From NCBI GenBank assembly GCA_002633005.1, contig NMRA01001243.1, positions 1 to 35,970 on the forward strand: 35,970 bases of DNA. Reading direction: 5' to 3'. Positions within the stretch are counted from its first letter, which is position 1. Every line of letters starts with the position of its first letter. The notes under the pieces are model-generated. The model worked only from the letters and a program-made list of their open reading frames with translations, was not told the origin of the DNA and did not search any database. This document shows positions 35,020 to 35,970 of the stretch, one piece after another. The position numbers and the translations under genes were made by a program. This stretch comes from Phoronis australis. Lineage: Eukaryota > Animalia > Phoronida.

Positions 35020-35970
35020 AATAGTTAGTAACCAAAGAGCTTAGTAGTCTTATTTTGTGAAAACAACGCGTTTCCTTCCTTTTTTGTCAGGTCTCGTGAA
35101 TATTGTTGTACTATTAAGTTAAAACAATAAAACACATTAAATGTTTAACTTTGGTAGACAATTGCAGCAAAAAATGAAAATTGACACCTAGCGGCAAAAA
35201 TAAGAACTCCGTTTGGTTATTACTGGGAGTTTTTTTTTTCAGGCATTGTTTGGCAGGCAAAATAACAAACTGCACTTGAGAATTGTCAAAATATGTGCCT
35301 CCATGATTGTACCGTTAACTAGTGGAATAAAATACAACTTGTTTTCATAATTTACCACAAAAATGTTGAGCAAAGAACAACAAATTTGCACGACTATCTC
35401 TGCGGCTGTGCACATCGACTACACGAAAATACTAGATTATTCTGACAGTGTCTAGTAAGTGCTAATGATGTTACTACAGTAGTCACAACTACACAATTCT
35501 GTACAGTTTAATCCAGCGTTGTAGCAAGAACACAATTTCTTTTTTCACAAGTGCAGCGTGCATCGTTTAGTAGGCCTGCCGTCGATGAAGCTATGGACGC
35601 TGTGTCATTTGAGAATGATTGGAGATGTAGTGATCGAATCTTATAACAAAGTTCCACCGTCTCGACTGGCCCTTTTAGCCATCTGACCCTCTATACGTAC
35701 GCGGGAAGCTTTTCGGCGAATTGTGTTTCATTCTAATTAAACCATCAAAGTCGTGTTGCTATAAGTGCCTTTTGCGAATAGAGGCACTCCCCGTTAATGT
35801 CTTTATTTTTTCGCGCCAGCGGATATGACGTCTTAGTGAGGATGTATTTGTTCGAGATGGGAAGAGTTCGAGACATCAACAACTGCCTCCTCAATTGTCC
35901 TGCTATGCAAAAAGGGTTCTTTCTTATTGACTTATACCAACATCACTTTGGTGGCTTAATCCGTATGAGT

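Overview
This is AT-rich animal (probably marine invertebrate) genomic DNA. It holds one intact protein-coding gene: a minus-strand, single-coding-exon TRIM E3 ligase (RING-Bbox1-Bbox2-coiled coil-divergent NHL/beta-propeller, 23969-26032) with an inferred non-coding first exon near 29854-29940. Its intron, first exon, promoter and upstream DNA are duplicated collinearly in the left half of the window (1-1586, 7482-7748 and 14100-15766 match 27681-29940, 29940-30176 and 32812-35019). This implies a tandem TRIM array with a paralogue just left of the window. The rest is mostly decayed, nested transposons. These are a 5.9-kb MULE with a 9-bp TSD inserted between the paralogue's first exon and promoter, a 797-bp MITE with perfect 74-bp TIRs, an L1/Tx1 LINE interrupted by a foldback Kolobok/THAP element, two 3' ends of an I/Nimb-like LINE and two tRNA-derived SINEs. 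The most notable signals are a possible transposon-driven promoter swap, an FG-nucleoporin-like loop in the TRIM propeller and a Kolobok built from two left ends. All alignments were done by eye and boundaries are approximate unless fixed by a TSD or TIR.
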